64,000 nt of DNA from Escherichia coli (GTDB lineage: Bacteria > Pseudomonadota > Gammaproteobacteria > Enterobacterales > Enterobacteriaceae): the NCBI RefSeq assembly GCF_003334315.1, contig NZ_QOWR01000020.1; one strand, 5' to 3'. The notes below the pieces were generated by a model, which worked only from the letters and a program-made list of their open reading frames with translations, was not told the origin of the DNA and did no database searches. Each line of letters starts with the position of its first letter. Within the stretch, counting starts at the first letter, position 1. Positions 1 through 10,842 of the stretch are shown one piece after another. The translations under genes and the position numbers were made by a program.

Positions 1-222
1 GCCGGAATTGCCGCTTCCAGTTCCGCAGGGGCCGCGGTAGCGACACCTGTGCTGATTGCAGAAATGGTGCCTGCGTTTAAACCGATGGCTCCGGCAGCAA
101 CTTCGCTGGTAGCGACGGCGGTCATTGTGACTTCGATTCTGGTGCCAATTCTTACCTCTATCTGGTCACGTAAAGTCAAAGCCAGAGCAGCGAAAATCGA
201 AATTTTAGGTATGGTGAAATAA
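1..222 (+). CDS. kdgT: 2-keto-3-deoxygluconate permease, 3' end only (5' end lies outside the window)
   Basis: Open frame from position 1 (codons in phase 1) to TAA at 220-222; hydrophobic C-terminus ...KIEILGMVK matches KdgT; synteny upstream of yiiM. Confidence 0.75.
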   Translation, partial: AGIAASSSAGAAVATPVLIAEMVPAFKPMAPAATSLVATAVIVTSILVPILTSIWSRKVKARAAKIEILGMVK

Positions 223-370
223 ACCTGCTTCCTTAATCCCCACAGCCGGATGAACTAACGTTCGTCCGGTTTGCTATTGAGTTCCTGCCTGGATACTTAC
301 CGCGAAAACAGCACGCCTGACATAAAATAAATATGGTCTAATGGGGAAATTTCTCGTGGAGAGGGAACAG

Positions 371-1045
371 ATGCGATATCCGGTTGATGTATACACAGGC
401 AAGATTCAGGCTTATCCCGAAGGCAAACCCAGCGCAATTGCTAAAATCCAGGTTGATGGTGAGTTGATGCTGACGGAGCTGGGGCTGGAAGGTGACGAGC
501 AGGCGGAGAAAAAGGTTCACGGCGGGCCAGACAGAGCGCTGTGTCATTATCCTCGTGAGCATTATCTCTACTGGGCGCGGGAATTTCCGGAACAGGCGGA
601 GTTGTTTGTTGCGCCTGCGTTTGGTGAAAACCTCTCAACCGACGGCCTCACGGAAAGTAATGTTTATATGGGCGATATTTTCCGCTGGGGAGAGGCATTA
701 ATTCAGGTCAGCCAGCCGCGCTCGCCTTGCTATAAACTCAATTACCATTTTGATATCAGCGATATAGCGCAGTTGATGCAAAACACAGGTAAGGTGGGGT
801 GGTTGTATAGCGTGATAGCGCCAGGGAAAGTGTCTGCGGACGCGCCGCTGGAGTTGGTTTCCCGTGTCAGCGATGTGACCGTGCAGGAGGCTGCCGCCAT
901 CGCATGGCATATGCCGTTTGATGACGATCAGTATCACCGTTTACTCTCCGCTGCCGGGTTATCGAAAAGCTGGACGCGAACGATGCAAAAGCGCCGACTG
1001 AGCGGCAAGATCGAAGATTTTTCCCGCCGGTTGTGGGGAAAATAA
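371..1045 (+). CDS. yiiM: MOSC-domain protein YiiM (224 aa)
   Basis: ORF-track frame 341..1045; start trimmed to the ATG giving MRYPVDVYTGK. Length and sequence match YiiM. Confidence 0.88.
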   Translation: MRYPVDVYTGKIQAYPEGKPSAIAKIQVDGELMLTELGLEGDEQAEKKVHGGPDRALCHYPREHYLYWAREFPEQAELFVAPAFGENLSTDGLTESNVYMGDIFRWGEALIQVSQPRSPCYKLNYHFDISDIAQLMQNTGKVGWLYSVIAPGKVSADAPLELVSRVSDVTVQEAAAIAWHMPFDDDQYHRLLSAAGLSKSWTRTMQKRRLSGKIEDFSRRLWGK

Positions 1046-1056
1046 CCCCCGGAGTG

Positions 1057-1139
1057 TAGGCCTGATAAGACGCTATCAGCGTCGCATCAGGCATCCTGCT
1101 CAAATGCCGGATGCGGCGTAAACGCCTTATCCTGCCTAC
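1057..1139. repeat. REP (repetitive extragenic palindrome) pair
   Basis: Inverted copies of the GCCGGATGCGGCGTAAACGCCTTATC / GTAGGCCTGATAAGACGC REP consensus in the yiiM-cpxA intergenic region. Confidence 0.75.
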
Positions 1140-1150
1140 AAATGCGGAGT

Positions 1151-2524
1151 TTAACTCCGCTTATACAGCGGCAACCAAATCACCAGCCGTAAACCGCCCA
1201 GCGGGCTGTCTTCTGCCTTCACCCAGCCACGATGCTGCTGAATGGCGGTTTCAACAATCGCCAGCCCCAATCCTGTACCGCCAGATTCACGATCGCGTGC
1301 TTCATCGGTCCGATAGAACGGACGGAAAATCTGTTCGCGATCTTCCGGGCTAACGCCAGGACCATCGTCGTCCACCGTAATGGTGATACCGTCTTTATCT
1401 ACCGCAAAGCCCACTTCAATCTTCGTATGGGAATAACGCAGAGCATTACGAACAATGTTTTCCAGCGCACTTTCCAGGGCGTTCGGATTGCCGTACAGCG
1501 GCCACGGCCCAGGCGGGAAGTTAACTGTCAACGACTTGCCCATTTGCTCGGCTTCGAACGCCGCGTTATCCAGCACTTCACTCCACAACTGATTGGCTTT
1601 GATGGTCTCGCTAACCAGCGCGTTTTTTTGCTGATTACGTGACATCACCAACAGGTCGTTGATCATGCTGTCCAGACGTTGCGCTTCGGTTTCAATACGC
1701 TCCAGTTCCTTGCTTTCACCGCTACGACGGCGCAGTAACGCCGTACCCAGTTGCAGACGCGTCAGCGGGGTGCGCAGCTCGTGAGAGATATCAGAAAGCA
1801 GACGCTGCTGGGAGGTCATCATGCGCTCCAGCGCGGTGACCATCTGGTTAAAACTGGCACCTGCGGCAAGGAATTCCTGTGGCCCCGCTTCCAGTTCCGG
1901 GTGCTGGCGTAAGTTTCCCTGGGCAACTTCATCGGCAGCGTTTTTCAGCTTACGCGCCGGTTTTGCCAGACTCCAGGCCAACCACAACAGCAGCGGCGTA
2001 CTGACCAACATGGTGACAATCAGCAGTAATAGCGGGCGGTCAAACAGTAAGTTAATGAAATCGGATTGAGAACTGCTGGCCGGACGAATCAGATAAAGTT
2101 GGTAATTATCTTCGCCATCACGCACGGAGAACGGACCGACCAGTTCCACGCGGCCATACTTTTTCTTCTGCGGATGATCGGCGTTATCGGCCTGACCAAT
2201 AAAGTTACGAATGATCTGCATTTCGCTGCGTTCAGCGCCGATCACGCGGCCTTCGGTGGTCACCAATAATAAACGCTGTCCTGGCGGTGCCCACTTATCA
2301 ATCGCCCGAAACAGACGCCGCCACCACATTAAATCGTTGGGCGGATCGTTCGCCAGCTCCGCTTCGACATGCTGCTCAATCATCAGCCCCTGACGCTGTT
2401 CGCTATCCAGAAGCTCGGTCATCTGGCGTGAATCGAGCTTGGGTAACATCAAAACCAACATCAACACCAGCGCCAGCGTCAGCCAGAAGATGGCGAAGAT
2501 GCGCGCGGTTAAGCTGCCTATCAT
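1151..2524 (-). CDS. cpxA: Envelope-stress sensor histidine kinase CpxA (457 aa)
   Basis: Full ORF; N-terminal membrane segments; H-box ISHELRTPLTRL; start overlaps cpxR stop (ATGA). Confidence 0.97.
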   Translation of the reverse strand: MIGSLTARIFAIFWLTLALVLMLVLMLPKLDSRQMTELLDSEQRQGLMIEQHVEAELANDPPNDLMWWRRLFRAIDKWAPPGQRLLLVTTEGRVIGAERSEMQIIRNFIGQADNADHPQKKKYGRVELVGPFSVRDGEDNYQLYLIRPASSSQSDFINLLFDRPLLLLIVTMLVSTPLLLWLAWSLAKPARKLKNAADEVAQGNLRQHPELEAGPQEFLAAGASFNQMVTALERMMTSQQRLLSDISHELRTPLTRLQLGTALLRRRSGESKELERIETEAQRLDSMINDLLVMSRNQQKNALVSETIKANQLWSEVLDNAAFEAEQMGKSLTVNFPPGPWPLYGNPNALESALENIVRNALRYSHTKIEVGFAVDKDGITITVDDDGPGVSPEDREQIFRPFYRTDEARDRESGGTGLGLAIVETAIQQHRGWVKAEDSPLGGLRLVIWLPLYKRS

Positions 2525-3219
2525 GAAGCAGAAACCATCAGATAGCCGCGACCACGCAAGGTTTTAAACCACGGGTGACCATCTTTACGATCCGGCAGTT
2601 TACGACGCAGGTTGGAAATGTGCATATCGATAGCGCGGTCGAAAGGCGTCAGGCGTTTGCCCAGCACTTCCTGGCTTAAATGTTCACGGGAAACCACCTG
2701 ACCCAGATGCTGTGCCAGCAAATAGAGCAGGGTAAACTCAGTGCCGGTTAACTCCAGCGTTTGCCCGTCGAAGCTGGCTTCCTGACGGCCTGGATTCAGC
2801 ACTAAGGCATCAACTTCCAGTGTCGGTGAACCGTTGTCGTTGTTTTGCTGTTGCTCGCTCCAGTGCGAACGGCGCAGGATCGCGCGAATACGTGCCACCA
2901 GCTCACGATCATTAAATGGTTTCGGGAGATAGTCATCTGCGCCCAGCTCAAGGCCGAGAACGCGATCAAGTTCACTGCCGCGCGCCGTCAACATAATGAC
3001 AGGCGTCTGGTGTGTCTGGCGAAGTGCTTTTAATGTGTCGATACCATTTTTCTTCGGCATCATTACGTCAAGCAAAAGTAAATCAATGCTGTCGTCCAGA
3101 AGATCAAGCGCCTGTTCCCCATCGTGGGCAACAATCACGTTGAAGCCTTCCATCTCGAGCAGCTCCTTTAATAGGGAAGTCAGCTCTCGGTCATCATCAA
3201 CTAACAGGATTTTATTCAT
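2521..3219 (-). CDS. cpxR: OmpR-family response regulator CpxR (232 aa)
   Basis: Receiver domain (MNKILLVDDD...LLLLDVMMP) plus winged-helix C-terminus; 4-bp overlap with cpxA. Confidence 0.97.
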   Translation of the reverse strand: MNKILLVDDDRELTSLLKELLEMEGFNVIVAHDGEQALDLLDDSIDLLLLDVMMPKKNGIDTLKALRQTHQTPVIMLTARGSELDRVLGLELGADDYLPKPFNDRELVARIRAILRRSHWSEQQQNNDNGSPTLEVDALVLNPGRQEASFDGQTLELTGTEFTLLYLLAQHLGQVVSREHLSQEVLGKRLTPFDRAIDMHISNLRRKLPDRKDGHPWFKTLRGRGYLMVSAS

Positions 3220-3274
3220 TGTTTAAATACCTCCGAGGCAGAAATTACGTCATCAGACGTCGCTAATCCATGAC

Positions 3275-3289
3275 TTTACGTTGTTTTAC
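3275..3289. promoter_or_regulatory. CpxR box (GTAAA-N5-GTAAA) in the divergent cpxRA/cpxP control region
   Basis: Plus strand TTTACGTTGTTTTAC is the reverse complement of GTAAAACAACGTAAA, a perfect direct-repeat CpxR consensus; a further GTAAA lies at 3320-3324. Confidence 0.6.
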
Positions 3290-3368
3290 ACCCCCTGACG
3301 CATGTTTGCAGCCTGAATCGTAAACTCTCTATCGTTGAATCGCGACAGAAAGATTTTGGGAGCAAATG

Positions 3369-3869
3369 ATGCGCATAGTTACCGCTGCCGTCATGGCCTC
3401 AACGCTGGCAGTCAGTTCATTAAGCCACGCTGCTGAAGTCGGTTCAGGCGATAACTGGCATCCGGGTGAAGAACTTACGCAGCGCAGTACGCAGAGCCAT
3501 ATGTTCGACGGCATAAGTTTAACCGAACATCAGCGTCAGCAGATGCGAGATCTTATGCAACAGGCCCGGCACGAACAGCCTCCTGTTAATGTTAGCGAAC
3601 TGGAGACAATGCATCGCCTTGTCACCGCAGAAAATTTTGATGAAAACGCTGTGCGCGCACAGGCAGAAAAAATGGCGAATGAGCAAATTGCTCGTCAGGT
3701 TGAGATGGCAAAAGTCCGCAACCAAATGTATCGCCTGTTAACGCCGGAGCAGCAAGCGGTTTTAAACGAGAAACATCAACAACGAATGGAGCAGTTGCGC
3801 GACGTGACGCAATGGCAAAAAAGTTCATCGTTGAAGCTATTGAGTAGTAGCAACTCACGTTCCCAGTAG
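3369..3869 (+). CDS. cpxP: Periplasmic Cpx pathway inhibitor/adaptor CpxP (166 aa)
   Basis: ORF-track 3366..3869 has tandem ATGs; second ATG gives [21 protein letters not shown] signal peptide; [12 protein letters not shown] helical motifs. Confidence 0.95.
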
Positions 3870-3877
3870 TAAACCCT

Positions 3878-3936
3878 GTTTTCCTTGCCATAGACACCAT
3901 CCCTGTCTTCCCCCACATGATGTGGGGGTTTTTTTT
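3878..3936 (+). ncRNA. cpxQ: CpxQ-like 3'-UTR-derived sRNA including the cpxP intrinsic terminator
   Basis: About 60 nt after the cpxP stop ending in hairpin CCCCCACAT/GATGTGGGGG (3910-3928) plus T8; the processed cpxP 3' end is the described CpxQ sRNA. Exact 5' end is not determinable from sequence. Confidence 0.5.
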
Positions 3937-4017
3937 ATCCTCAATTTGCCTGCTGCTTAATGCATTGCAGATGATTTGCTTCCGTTATACTAGCGTCAGT
4001 TGATAGCGGGAGTATTT

Positions 4018-4920
4018 ATGAATCAATCTTATGGACGGCTGGTCAGTCGGGCGGCGATTGCTGCGACGGCGATGGCTTCGCTGCTATTGCTGATTAAAAT
4101 TTTTGCATGGTGGTATACCGGGTCGGTGAGTATTCTCGCCGCGCTGGTGGATTCGCTGGTGGATATCGGCGCGTCGTTGACGAATTTATTGGTGGTGCGA
4201 TATTCCCTGCAACCTGCCGACGATAATCACTCGTTTGGTCACGGTAAAGCTGAGTCCCTCGCGGCGCTGGCGCAAAGTATGTTTATCTCCGGTTCGGCAC
4301 TATTCCTGTTTTTGACGGGTATTCAACATCTGATATCTCCAACACCGATGACAGATCCAGGCGTCGGGGTTATCGTGACAATTGTGGCGCTAATTTGTAC
4401 GATTATCCTTGTCTCGTTTCAGCGTTGGGTGGTGCGCCGGACGCAAAGCCAGGCGGTGCGGGCTGATATGCTACATTACCAGTCTGATGTTATGATGAAC
4501 GGCGCAATTCTGCTGGCGCTGGGGTTGTCCTGGTACGGCTGGCATCGCGCCGATGCTCTGTTTGCATTGGGAATCGGCATCTATATTTTATATAGCGCGT
4601 TACGCATGGGATATGAGGCGGTACAGTCATTACTGGATCGCGCATTACCTGATGAGGAACGGCAAGAAATTATTGATATCGTGACTTCCTGGCCGGGTGT
4701 TAGCGGCGCTCACGATCTTCGCACGCGGCAGTCAGGGCCGACCCGCTTTATTCAGATTCATTTGGAAATGGAAGACTCTCTGCCTTTGGTTCAGGCACAT
4801 ATGGTGGCGGATCAGGTAGAGCAGGCTATTTTACGGCGTTTTCCGGGATCGGATGTGATTATCCATCAGGACCCCTGTTCCGTCGTACCCAGGGAGGGTA
4901 AACGGTCTATGCTTTCATAA
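4018..4920 (+). CDS. fieF: Cation diffusion facilitator (Fe/Zn efflux) FieF/YiiP (300 aa)
   Basis: Start trimmed to ATG giving [15 protein letters not shown]; six TM segments then cytoplasmic domain. Confidence 0.95.
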
Positions 4921-5100
4921 TCAGTATAAAAGAGAGCCAGACCCGCATTTTGTGTATAAAATACCGCCATTTGGCCTGACCTGAATCAATTCAGCAGGAA
5001 GTGATTGTTATACTATTTGCACATTCGTTGGATCACTTCGATGTGCAAGAAGACTTCCGGCAACAGATTTCATTTTGCATTCCAAAGTTCAGAGGTAGTC

Positions 5101-6063
5101 ATGATTAAGAAAATCGGTGTGTTGACAAGCGGCGGTGATGCGCCAGGCATGAACGCCGCAATTCGCGGGGTTGTTCGTTCTGCGCTGACAGAAGGTCTGG
5201 AAGTAATGGGTATTTATGACGGCTATCTGGGTCTGTATGAAGACCGTATGGTACAGCTAGACCGTTACAGCGTGTCTGACATGATCAACCGTGGCGGTAC
5301 GTTCCTCGGTTCTGCGCGTTTCCCGGAATTCCGCGACGAGAACATCCGCGCCGTGGCTATCGAAAACCTGAAAAAACGTGGTATCGACGCGCTGGTGGTT
5401 ATCGGCGGTGACGGTTCCTACATGGGTGCAATGCGTCTGACCGAAATGGGCTTCCCGTGCATCGGTCTGCCTGGCACTATCGACAACGACATCAAAGGCA
5501 CTGACTACACTATCGGTTTCTTCACTGCGCTGAGCACCGTTGTAGAAGCGATCGACCGTCTGCGTGACACCTCTTCTTCTCACCAGCGTATTTCCGTGGT
5601 GGAAGTGATGGGCCGTTATTGTGGCGATCTGACGTTGGCTGCGGCCATTGCCGGTGGCTGTGAATTCGTTGTGGTTCCGGAAGTTGAATTCAGCCGTGAA
5701 GACCTGGTAAACGAAATCAAAGCGGGTATCGCGAAAGGTAAAAAACACGCGATCGTGGCGATTACCGAACATATGTGTGATGTTGACGAACTGGCGCATT
5801 TCATCGAGAAAGAAACCGGTCGTGAAACCCGCGCAACTGTGCTGGGCCACATCCAGCGCGGTGGTTCTCCGGTGCCTTACGACCGTATTCTGGCTTCCCG
5901 TATGGGCGCTTACGCTATCGATCTGCTGCTGGCAGGTTACGGCGGTCGTTGCGTAGGTATCCAGAACGAACAGCTGGTTCACCACGACATCATCGACGCT
6001 ATTGAAAACATGAAGCGTCCGTTCAAAGGCGACTGGCTGGACTGCGCGAAAAAACTGTATTAA
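5101..6063 (+). CDS. pfkA: 6-phosphofructokinase I (320 aa)
   Basis: Start trimmed to [23 protein letters not shown]; GGDGS motif ([12 protein letters not shown]). Confidence 0.97.
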
Positions 6064-6119
6064 TGATTTCGGAAAAAGGCAGATTCCTTTAGCCTGAAAC
6101 CGATGACAGAAGCAAAAAT

Positions 6120-6217
6120 GCCTGATGCGCTTCGCTTATCAGGCCTACGTGAATTCTGCAATTTATTGAATTTACAAATTTTTGTAGGCCGGATAAGGCG
6201 TTCGCGCCGCATCCGGC
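6120..6217. repeat. REP pair (BIME-like)
   Basis: GCCTGATGCGCTTCGCTTATCAGGCCTAC and GTAGGCCGGATAAGGCGTTCGCGCCGCATCCGGC in inverted arrangement downstream of pfkA. Confidence 0.75.
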
Positions 6218-6246
6218 ATCGATAAAGCGCACTTTGTCAGCAATAT

Positions 6247-6272
6247 GAGGCGGATTTCTTCCGCCTTTTTTA
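6247..6272 (+). terminator. Intrinsic terminator downstream of pfkA
   Basis: Hairpin AGGCGG-ATTTCTT-CCGCCT followed by TTTTTT. Confidence 0.6.
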
Positions 6273-6383
6273 ATCCCCCAACATATACCCACAAGTTATA
6301 GCCAATCTTTTTTTATTCTTTAATGTTTGGTTAACCTTCTGGCACGCTTTGCTCATCACAACACAACATAAGAGAGTCGGGCG

Positions 6384-7373
6384 ATGAACAAGTGGGGCGT
6401 AGGGTTAACATTTTTGCTGGCGGCAACCAGCGTTATGGCAAAGGATATTCAGCTTCTTAACGTTTCATATGATCCAACGCGCGAATTGTACGAACAGTAC
6501 AACAAGGCATTCAGCGCCCACTGGAAACAGCAAACTGGCGATAACGTGGTGATTCGTCAGTCACACGGTGGTTCAGGCAAACAAGCGACGTCGGTAATCA
6601 ACGGTATTGAAGCTGATGTTGTCACGCTGGCTCTGGCCTATGACGTGGACGCAATTGCGGAACGCGGGCGGATTGATAAAGAGTGGATCAAACGTCTGCC
6701 GGATAACTCCGCACCGTACACTTCCACCATTGTTTTCCTGGTGCGTAAGGGCAATCCGAAGCAGATCCATGACTGGAACGATCTGATTAAACCGGGTGTT
6801 TCGGTGATCACGCCTAATCCGAAAAGCTCTGGTGGCGCACGCTGGAACTACCTGGCTGCCTGGGGCTACGCGCTGCATCACAACAACAACGATCAGGCAA
6901 AAGCACAGGATTTTGTTCGGGCACTGTATAAAAACGTCGAAGTTCTGGATTCTGGCGCGCGCGGCTCCACTAACACTTTTGTCGAGCGCGGGATTGGCGA
7001 TGTACTGATCGCCTGGGAAAACGAAGCTCTGCTGGCAGCGAATGAACTGGGGAAAGATAAATTCGAAATCGTCACGCCGAGTGAGTCTATCCTCGCAGAG
7101 CCAACCGTGTCGGTGGTCGATAAAGTGGTCGAGAAAAAAGGTACTAAAGAGGTGGCGGAAGCCTACCTGAAATATCTTTACTCGCCAGAAGGTCAGGAAA
7201 TTGCAGCGAAAAACTACTATCGTCCGCGCGATGCTGAGGTGGCGAAAAAGTACGAAAATGCGTTTCCAAAGCTGAAGTTATTCACCATTGATGAAGAGTT
7301 CGGCGGCTGGACGAAAGCGCAAAAAGAGCATTTTGCTAACGGCGGTACGTTCGATCAGATCAGCAAACGCTGA
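6384..7373 (+). CDS. sbp: Periplasmic sulfate-binding protein (329 aa)
   Basis: Signal peptide [19 protein letters not shown]; length and sequence match Sbp. Confidence 0.95.
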
Positions 7374-7393
7374 TTTCTCCAGGATAATTATCA

Positions 7394-7426
7394 AACCCGG
7401 TGGTTTCTCGCGACCGGGTTTTTTAT
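7394..7426 (+). terminator. Intrinsic terminator downstream of sbp
   Basis: Hairpin AACCCGGT...ACCGGGTT followed by TTTTTAT. Confidence 0.65.
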
Positions 7427-7479
7427 TTGTCACGATTTTGCGTTACCCTTGCATCTCTTTGAGGTACAGGGAAAAAAAG

Positions 7480-8235
7480 ATGAAAAAAGCGGGTCTTCTT
7501 TTTTTGGTGATGATAGTTATCGCCGTTGTGGCTGCCGGTATTGGTTACTGGAAATTAACCGGTGAAGAGTCGGATACATTACGTAAGATTGTCCTTGAGG
7601 AATGTTTGCCCAATCAGCAGCAAAATCAAAATCCTTCGCCATGTGCGGAAGTCAAACCCAATGCCGGATACGTGGTTTTAAAAGATCTTAATGGCCCACT
7701 GCAATATCTGTTGATGCCAACGTATCGTATTAACGGAACTGAAAGTCCTTTGTTGACCGATCCTTCAACGCCGAACTTCTTTTGGTTGGCCTGGCAGGCG
7801 CGTGATTTTATGAGCAAAAAATACGGTCAGCCGGTTCCCGATCGCGCGGTTTCTTTGGCGATCAACTCCCGCACCGGGCGTACGCAAAACCATTTTCATA
7901 TTCATATCTCTTGTATTCGTCCTGATGTGCGCGAACAACTGGATAAAAATCTGGCGAACATCAGCAGCCGCTGGTTGCCACTGCCAGGTGGTTTGCGCGG
8001 GCATGAATACCTGGCGCGTCGGGTAACGGAAAGCGAACTGGTACAACGCAGCCCATTTATGATGCTGGCAGAAGAAGTACCTGAGGCGCGGGAACATATG
8101 GGAAGCTACGGGCTGGCGATGGTGCGGCAGAGTGATAATTCGTTTGTGTTGCTGGCGACACAACGAAATCTACTGACACTTAACCGTGCTTCAGCCGAGG
8201 AAATTCAGGATCATGAGTGTGAGATTTTGCGTTAA
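7480..8235 (+). CDS. cdh: CDP-diacylglycerol pyrophosphatase (251 aa)
   Basis: ORF-track 7288..8235 extends upstream across the sbp terminator; start trimmed to ATG giving [20 protein letters not shown]. Confidence 0.92.
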   Translation: MKKAGLLFLVMIVIAVVAAGIGYWKLTGEESDTLRKIVLEECLPNQQQNQNPSPCAEVKPNAGYVVLKDLNGPLQYLLMPTYRINGTESPLLTDPSTPNFFWLAWQARDFMSKKYGQPVPDRAVSLAINSRTGRTQNHFHIHISCIRPDVREQLDKNLANISSRWLPLPGGLRGHEYLARRVTESELVQRSPFMMLAEEVPEAREHMGSYGLAMVRQSDNSFVLLATQRNLLTLNRASAEEIQDHECEILR

Positions 8236-8257
8236 GGCGAAGAGTTAAGGAAAGTAA

Positions 8258-8280
8258 GTGCCGGATATGAAATCCGGCAC
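8258..8280. terminator. Hairpin between convergent cdh and tpiA (possible bidirectional terminator)
   Basis: GTGCCGGAT-ATGAA-ATCCGGCAC perfect stem; flanking U-tract is weak. Confidence 0.45.
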
Positions 8281-8289
8281 CTGTCAGAC

Positions 8290-9057
8290 TTAAGCCTGTT
8301 TAGCCGCTTCTGCAGCTTTAACGATCACTGCGAAAGCGTCAGCTTTCAGAGAAGCACCGCCAACCAGCGCGCCGTCGATGTCTGGCTGAGCAAACAGTTC
8401 TGCAGCGTTAGACGCATTTACAGAACCGCCGTACTGAATGATCACTTGTTCAGCGATGTTAGCGTCAACTTTAGCGATGTGGTCACGAATGAATTTGTGA
8501 ACAGCCTGTGCCTGAGCCGGAGTTGCAGATTTGCCAGTACCGATTGCCCATACAGGTTCGTAAGCGATAACCGCACCTTCGAATGCCGCAGCACCCTGAG
8601 TTTTCAGTACCGCGTCGATCTGACGTGCGCAAACTTCTTCAGTTTTGCCCGCTTCGTTTTCAGCTTCGGTTTCACCGATGCACAGAACCGGAGTCAGGCC
8701 CTGCTCTTTCAGCACCGCGAATTTTTTCGCGATCAGTTCGTCAGACTCTTTGTGGTAAGTACGACGTTCAGAGTGGCCGATGATGATGTACTGTGCGCCG
8801 ATGTCTTTCAGCATAGCGGCAGAGGTTTCACCGGTGAATGCGCCGGACAGGTTCAGGTCCACGTTTTGCGCACCCAGCATGATGTGGCTGCCTTCAGCTT
8901 CGCGCTTCGCCATATCGATGTACATTTCCGGTGGTGCGATTGCAACCGCACAGCCAGCAACACCTGCCAGCTCTTTACGCAGGTTAGAAACCAGCTCGTG
9001 AACCATGTGGCGGCTGCCGTTCAGTTTCCAGTTACCCATCACTAAAGGATGTCGCAT
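8290..9057 (-). CDS. tpiA: Triosephosphate isomerase (255 aa)
   Basis: [16 protein letters not shown]-terminus; catalytic HSERR and [11 protein letters not shown] motifs. Confidence 0.97.
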
Positions 9058-9164
9058 TTTAATTCTCCACGCTTATAAGCGAATAAAGGAAGATGGCCGC
9101 CCCGCAGGGCAGCAGGTCTGTGAAACAGTATAGAGATTCATCGGCACAAAGGCTTTGCTTTTTG

Positions 9165-9764
9165 TCATTTATTCAAACCTTCAAGCGATTCAGATAGCGC
9201 CAGCTTAATCGGTTCAACAGCGAAGGTCAGCCCCTTTTCGCCGTTGTCCGCGACAACATAACGCAGTGCACCTTCTGTCTCGGTGTAATAACGTTTGTTT
9301 TTCCCCGCCGTTAGTAGCGACTGCAGTTTTTTCTGGCTTTGTGTTTTGGTCATTAATGGGGTGAGTGTGCGGATCACTGCTGCCATGTATTCCTGAGCTT
9401 TCGCTTTCGCGGCTTTTTGCTCTGGCCCCTGGATGGGTAGCCAGGTCATTTGAATGCTTTTGATTTTTAAGGTACCGCGCTCCAGCGCTGTAGAAGCATA
9501 CAAGTTCTCGTTAATTTTACTTGCAGCACGAGTGAGATTGGCTTTGTCGGGACTGCTGTCGATGGCACGAAATTCGTTCAGTGGCAGGCTAGGATTCTGG
9601 CTGTTAAAGTCTTCTCGAAACTGGCTGATGGAGAGATCGAAAGTAGGGGCTCCAGCCAGCAGATAAGGCGCGGTCGTTGCCGTATCTGGTGTTTGTGCAT
9701 GCGCCGTTGTTGTAACGGTTAATGCAGAACATAAGAGAAAAAACAGCGTACACCCTGGCTTCAT
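9165..9764 (-). CDS. yiiQ: Uncharacterized secreted protein YiiQ (DUF1454), 199 aa
   Basis: Signal peptide MKPGCTLFFLLCSALTVTTTAHA; synteny. Confidence 0.88.
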   Translation of the reverse strand: MKPGCTLFFLLCSALTVTTTAHAQTPDTATTAPYLLAGAPTFDLSISQFREDFNSQNPSLPLNEFRAIDSSPDKANLTRAASKINENLYASTALERGTLKIKSIQMTWLPIQGPEQKAAKAKAQEYMAAVIRTLTPLMTKTQSQKKLQSLLTAGKNKRYYTETEGALRYVVADNGEKGLTFAVEPIKLALSESLEGLNK

Positions 9765-9864
9765 TGACAGTACCTTTTGTTATGACTGGCTCCGATTAAA
9801 ACGATATCTGTCGCCCTTGTCAAAAGGGTAGAATCCTGGAAAAGACAACCATCAAGGAACTTAC

Positions 9865-10305
9865 ATGACCATACAGCAATGGTTATTCTCATTTAAAGGG
9901 CGTATTGGACGCCGTGATTTCTGGATTTGGATAGGCCTGTGGTTCGCAGGCATGCTGGTGCTTTTCTCACTGGCGGGTAAAAATTTACTCGATATTCAGA
10001 CCGCGGCGTTTTGCCTTGTGTGCTTGCTCTGGCCAACAGCGGCAGTAACCGTTAAGCGCTTGCATGATCGCGGACGTTCCGGGGCATGGGCATTTCTGAT
10101 GATTGTGGCGTGGATGCTGCTGGCGGGTAACTGGGCGATTTTACCGGGTGTCTGGCAATGGGCGGTGGGGCGTTTTGTCCCGACGTTGATTCTGGTGATG
10201 ATGCTTATCGATCTTGGTGCGTTTGTTGGCACACAAGGCGAAAATAAATATGGTAAAGATACCCAGGATGTGAAGTATAAAGCCGACAATAAATCAAGTA
10301 ATTAA
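9865..10305 (+). CDS. yiiR: Inner-membrane protein YiiR (DUF805), 146 aa
   Basis: Hydrophobic ORF with several TM segments; synteny. Confidence 0.88.
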   Translation: MTIQQWLFSFKGRIGRRDFWIWIGLWFAGMLVLFSLAGKNLLDIQTAAFCLVCLLWPTAAVTVKRLHDRGRSGAWAFLMIVAWMLLAGNWAILPGVWQWAVGRFVPTLILVMMLIDLGAFVGTQGENKYGKDTQDVKYKADNKSSN

Positions 10306-10516
10306 CCTTTAATATATCTCTTACTGCTATTTTTTTCCGGGATTGTTATTTCCACGATGCAAATGACAATGCCCGGAAAATCCTTCTGAACTCTTCACCT
10401 TAAGCAATATCAAAAAAAATGGTAATCCATAAGATCATTACTTGTTTGTTCTTCCCTTAACGGCGCATTATTCTTAAGTCGTAATCGACAGAGAGGCGAA
10501 TATACAGAGGTGCCCT

Positions 10517-10816
10517 ATGAAAGATGTCGTAGATAAATGCAGTACTAAAGGATGTGCGATTGATATCGGTACGGTGATTGATAACGACAACTGTACCAGT
10601 AAGTTTTCGCGCTTTTTTGCCACCCGCGAAGAAGCAGAGTCCTTTATGACCAAACTGAAAGAGCTTGCCGCCGCTGCATCCTCTGCAGATGAAGGGGCCA
10701 GCGTGGCCTATAAGATTAAGGATCTGGAGGGGCAAGTTGAGCTTGATGCGGCCTTCACCTTCTCATGCCAGGCCGAGATGATTATTTTTGAGTTATCACT
10801 GCGTTCGTTAGCTTGA
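10517..10816 (+). CDS. yiiS: Uncharacterized protein YiiS (DUF406), 99 aa
   Basis: Intact ORF immediately upstream of uspD; synteny. Confidence 0.85.
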   Translation: MKDVVDKCSTKGCAIDIGTVIDNDNCTSKFSRFFATREEAESFMTKLKELAAAASSADEGASVAYKIKDLEGQVELDAAFTFSCQAEMIIFELSLRSLA

Positions 10817-10842
10817 TGGAGTTGCTTTAGAAGGAGTTAAAC

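Noticed and set aside
5005-5100. N-terminal extensions in the ORF track (pfkA from 5005, glpK to 14913, metJ to 26119, metB from 26081, cdh from 7288, katG from 31382, priA to 24468, gldA to 36660, argE to 52472, oxyR from 56046, btuB from 61180)
   Set aside because: Each extension precedes the recognisable native N-terminus and often crosses an upstream terminator or promoter (for example cdh across the sbp terminator); the internal ATG matching the known protein start was used.
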